This document shows positions 61,120 to 64,000 of a stretch of DNA of 64,000 nucleotides, piece by piece; position 1 is the stretch's first letter; every line of letters starts with the position of its first letter. The notes beneath the pieces are model-generated. The model was not told the origin of the DNA. It did no database searches and saw nothing but the letters and a program-made list of their open reading frames with translations. Origin of the DNA: Candidatus Sulfopaludibacter sp. SbA3 (lineage in GTDB: Bacteria; Acidobacteriota; Terriglobia; 20CM-2-55-15); NCBI GenBank assembly GCA_945865815.1, contig CAMBFR010000003.1, positions 1,258-65,257 on the forward strand, in the 5' to 3' direction. Made by a program: the position numbers and the translations under genes.

Positions 61120-62001
61120 TCAATGCTTGCGGATAAACTCAATTACGGCGCGATTGAAGATCTCCGGCTGTTCCCAATATGCGGAGTGGCCGACTTCCGG
61201 CACGATCTCGGATTCGGAGTCCCGAATACGAGCTGCGAAGAGCCGCAGCACGGGAGGCGGTGCGTACATGTCGGCCCCGCCCGTGAGCAGAAGGGTAGGT
61301 ATTCTCAGCGTCTCCAGCCGGGCGAAGGTGATCAGGTTCCGCATCGTCTGTGCGGGCGCGAGTGGTCCTTCCGGCCGGCTGATGCGCTCCAACTCCACCC
61401 ATCGCAGTGTGCCTTCCGGATTCGCCACCCGGTATGAAGGCCCCAGCTCGCGCAGTTCCGGGGGCAACGCCGCGAACTGTGGAGGCCGGATTCTCCGCCC
61501 CAGTTCAAGATACTCTTCGTCCTGCACCCCGCCGATGCTATTGGCGACAACCAGGCTTCGCAACCTCTGAGGGAACGAGAGGGCGAAGTCCAGGGATGCA
61601 ATTCCGCCGGCTGCCGTTCCTACCAGGTGGAAACGATCAATGCCCAAATGGTCCATCAAAGCGCGAAGGTCGTCCGCGGCGGTTCCGGGCTGCCCGCCCG
61701 CCGGGTCGATCACAGATCGGCCCCACCCCCGCCGGTCATAGGCAATGACGCGATAGCCTGCCCCCGCGAATGCCGGAGTCTGGTACTCCCAGACGCGGCT
61801 GCTGCCCGTTGCCGCGTGCATAAGTACCACGGGCACTCCTCCGCCGCCAGTGTCTGTGTACCAGATCCGTACACCCGGAAGGTCGGCATACGTCTCGCGC
61901 GCAGGCGCGGCCTGACCCGGCCTCGCCTGAAGTGACGAGGAAAAGAACGTCCCGAAACCGAGAACTGCAACTACGGTCCACGATAAGCGGATTCGATGCA
62001 T
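61120..62001 (-). CDS. secreted alpha/beta-fold hydrolase
   Basis: Signal peptide. HG(A/G)..S oxyanion region VVLMHAATGSS. Nucleophile elbow GTAAGG. C-terminal His (VGHSAYWEQPE). Confidence 0.75.
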   Translation of the reverse strand: MHRIRLSWTVVAVLGFGTFFSSSLQARPGQAAPARETYADLPGVRIWYTDTGGGGVPVVLMHAATGSSRVWEYQTPAFAGAGYRVIAYDRRGWGRSVIDPAGGQPGTAADDLRALMDHLGIDRFHLVGTAAGGIASLDFALSFPQRLRSLVVANSIGGVQDEEYLELGRRIRPPQFAALPPELRELGPSYRVANPEGTLRWVELERISRPEGPLAPAQTMRNLITFARLETLRIPTLLLTGGADMYAPPPVLRLFAARIRDSESEIVPEVGHSAYWEQPEIFNRAVIEFIRKH

Positions 62002-62018
62002 CAGCCTCTCCCTGTGGC

Positions 62019-63038
62019 TTAACGCCCGTTTCTCTCAAAAATTCCGATGTTGTACAGGCGGGCAAGCTTTTCTACGGCGGGAACAGCCTTACGAACAGCC
62101 AGGCTGTTCAGCGCGAGGCTTCCATAAAATGCAGGCAGGCTCGGGCGGGCAGCCTGGCAGGTCTGGCACAGCGGATATGCGCTGAGGTCGCCCGTGATGT
62201 GCGCCTCGCGAAGCTTCACCATTTCCTCTGAATTCCAAACTTCCATTACGGTCTGCGTCTTGAGATTGCCGATTGGCGGCTCGTCGTACATGTAGCAACA
62301 GGGATACGCCTGCCCGTCGTAGCGGACGTAGAGCGGGCCGCGCCACAGCAAGTGGCAGGGATTGTGGCGCTGCTTCCTGAACTCCTCGCCGGGAATCTTT
62401 GATCCGTCGATCTGGATCTCGTCGCGCTTGAATCGGATCTCATCGACGCCTGGAATCGACCAGAGTTGCTTGTACGCTTCGGTCTCGCTGATGTTGTCCT
62501 TCAGGAGAACCATCTGGAGAACCACATACATTTTCGATTTTCGATCGAGTTTCTTATCCAGGAAGCCGAGGATATTCCCGCGTGTCTTCTCGAATACGGC
62601 GCCGGTGCGGTACCTCTCGTAAGTCTCCTTGGTCGCTCCGTCAAAAGCGAGGATCACATAGTCCAGGCCGCATTCCAGCAGTTGATCGGCGCGCTTCTCA
62701 TCGAGCAGCGTTGCGTTTGTCGACATGCCGGTGCGGATTCCCGCGTCGCGTGAAATCCGGATCATCTCGAAAATATTGGGATGGATCATCGGCTCGCCGA
62801 TGCCGTAGGGCCACACGAATTCGACGTATTCCCTGCAGTCCTGGATGATCTTCTTGTAAAGATCCAGGTCCATGTTCTCGTTGTCGAACGTATAGATGTG
62901 GCGCGGACACATCGGGCAATAGAGGTTGCACTTCGCGGTGCTCTCGAGAGTGATCTCGACCGGACCGCCGTGAAGCACGGTTTCATGCCGGAAGTAGTCG
63001 GCGGCGATTTTCAAACGATTGCCTAAATTACCGGTCAT
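62019..63038 (-). CDS. radical SAM enzyme with C-terminal SPASM/twitch Cys cluster
   Basis: CNLYCPMC (CxxxCxxC) about 30 aa from the ATG at 63038. C-terminal Cys-rich region PCHLLW...AYPCCYMYDE...YPLCQTCQ. Confidence 0.8.
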   Translation of the reverse strand: MTGNLGNRLKIAADYFRHETVLHGGPVEITLESTAKCNLYCPMCPRHIYTFDNENMDLDLYKKIIQDCREYVEFVWPYGIGEPMIHPNIFEMIRISRDAGIRTGMSTNATLLDEKRADQLLECGLDYVILAFDGATKETYERYRTGAVFEKTRGNILGFLDKKLDRKSKMYVVLQMVLLKDNISETEAYKQLWSIPGVDEIRFKRDEIQIDGSKIPGEEFRKQRHNPCHLLWRGPLYVRYDGQAYPCCYMYDEPPIGNLKTQTVMEVWNSEEMVKLREAHITGDLSAYPLCQTCQAARPSLPAFYGSLALNSLAVRKAVPAVEKLARLYNIGIFERNGR

Positions 63039-63748
63039 TCCTTCGAACCCTCGCAGATGAAGCCCAATGTATACGCACGATCCGTGTCGATGAAATCGAG
63101 ATAATAGCAGCATAGCGGGAGCAGGAAGCCGAAAACAGGCGCAAGGACGGGGAAAAACACCCAGCGCCACCCCTGCTGCGTGAACGCCAATACCCCCATC
63201 AGCCGCCGGCCCAGCTGCCAGAAGAAGCCGCCCACAGGCTCAATCCGCTTCACGCGGAATCCGGAAGACTGCAACAGATGCCGGATGCCGCTCGATGTAA
63301 AACGGAAAAAGTCGTGCGGCCGCTGATGCTCTTCCCACATGTGCGGCACCACCATGTGCAGCATCCCGCCGGGCTTGAGCACGCGCCGGCACTCCTGGAT
63401 CACCTTCGCGGGCTCGGGCGTGTGCTCGAGAACCACGATCGAAATCACCCGTTCAAATGAGTAGTCCGGAAAAGGCAATTCTTCGAGGCGCGCAATGACA
63501 TCGAGCGTCGAATAATTCCACCGGGGATCGCCCTGCGCGAAATCCACGCCCAGATATTTCGCATGCGCGAACAGGGGCTTGAACCGGCATTCGCCGGCGC
63601 CGGCGTCCAGGACGCGGGCTTGGGATGGAACCCCGGCGGCAATGCCGCTGACGAAATCGTGAATCGAGGCTTCGAACGGGTCGAGCCTGCGATAAAGGGC
63701 TGAGGGAACAAGGCTCCTGGCAAGAGCCATCAAACGGGGATTAAACAA
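63035..63748 (-). CDS. class I SAM-dependent methyltransferase
   Basis: SAM-binding motif I VLDAGAGEC, then a methyltransferase-type-11-like body. Its stop overlaps the radical SAM start (ATGA). Confidence 0.8.
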   Translation of the reverse strand: MFNPRLMALARSLVPSALYRRLDPFEASIHDFVSGIAAGVPSQARVLDAGAGECRFKPLFAHAKYLGVDFAQGDPRWNYSTLDVIARLEELPFPDYSFERVISIVVLEHTPEPAKVIQECRRVLKPGGMLHMVVPHMWEEHQRPHDFFRFTSSGIRHLLQSSGFRVKRIEPVGGFFWQLGRRLMGVLAFTQQGWRWVFFPVLAPVFGFLLPLCCYYLDFIDTDRAYTLGFICEGSKE

Positions 63749-64000
63749 GCTGGGATACTCGCTGAACCGGCGTGTATAGCGTGTCGCGCTCTATGGGCGT
63801 GCGTCCCGCATCACGAATCAGTTTCTCGATCTGCGGCCGGGTCATGCCGAGGCCGGTCGGCGTGCCGGCGCCATGAATGATCCGCTCTTCAATGATGGTG
63901 CCGTCGAGGTCGTCGGCGCCGAAGCGGAGGGCAACCTGGGCAAGCGATGGCGTAAGCGTGACCCAGTAGGCTTTGATGTGCGGAAAGTTGTCGAGCATCA
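63741..64000 (-). CDS. 3' end of a radical-SAM MqnC/MqnE/CofH-family gene (runs off the window)
   Basis: Last 85 aa ...HIKAYWVTLTPSLAQVALRFGADDLDGTIIEERIIHGAGTPTGLGM... resemble the conserved C-terminus of futalosine-pathway MqnC/MqnE enzymes. Confidence 0.45.
   Translation of the reverse strand, partial: MLDNFPHIKAYWVTLTPSLAQVALRFGADDLDGTIIEERIIHGAGTPTGLGMTRPQIEKLIRDAGRTPIERDTLYTPVQRVSQLV

Noticed and set aside
1-64000. rRNA genes, CRISPR arrays, transposase or integrase genes
   Set aside because: None found. There are no long AT-poor structured-RNA-like regions and no regularly spaced direct repeats. No ORF shows DDE, tyrosine-recombinase or serine-recombinase hallmarks. The only mobile-element-like features are the intergenic palindromic repeats and the TA pair next to the tRNA.

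Overview
High-GC bacterial chromosomal segment. The gene content (DUF1501/DUF1549/DUF1553 families, giant Ig-like secreted proteins, many c-type cytochromes) is consistent with Acidobacteriota (Solibacter/Bryobacter-like). This taxonomic call is inference only.

Core genes present:
- coaE-folD, a TPR+SLT lytic transglycosylase and an AI-2E transporter.
- ETF-ubiquinone oxidoreductase.
- A fatty-acid/ribosome cluster in the order yceD-rpmF-plsX-fabD-acpP-fabF. No fabH or fabG sits between plsX and fabF.
- TctA plus a fused TctC-TctB, an aldo-keto reductase, a 2-hydroxyacid dehydrogenase, apt and nadA.
- An HDOD protein with a hybrid GAF/PAS histidine kinase.
- cvpA, purC and smc.
- An Rrf2 regulator next to a dinB ORF that continues in-frame into a TPR domain.
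- A tandem cyclophilin, a HAD hydrolase, a rhodanese-ThiF/MoeB protein, VapBC, and radical-SAM/SPASM plus methyltransferase genes.

Accessory block (about 12-27 kb):
- Begins beside a tRNA-Arg(CCT) gene with a DUF433/DUF5615 toxin-antitoxin pair.
- Two giant secreted Big_2/beta-propeller-repeat proteins, translationally coupled to a DUF1501 gene.
- A DUF1549-DUF1553 gene split by one in-frame TAG.
- A cytochrome c-Vgb-like beta-propeller fusion.
- Two paralogous dihaem cytochromes c flank the block.

Other notable structure:
- Four copies of an about 130-320 bp GC-rich nested-palindrome repeat family sit in intergenic regions. Two inverted copies bracket the 2-hydroxyacid dehydrogenase-apt-nadA segment.
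- A 43-bp-arm inverted repeat lies upstream of the rhodanese-ThiF gene.
- A (GCCRTT)n coding repeat gives an (NG)n insertion in the SMC head domain.
- A perfect 24-bp palindrome lies between nadA and apt.
- Three small ORFs below the 60-aa cutoff of the ORF track.
- A UvrC N-terminal-half (GIY-YIG/Cys4/UVR) protein lacks the UvrC C-terminal nuclease and HhH domains.

No rRNA genes or CRISPR arrays were seen.
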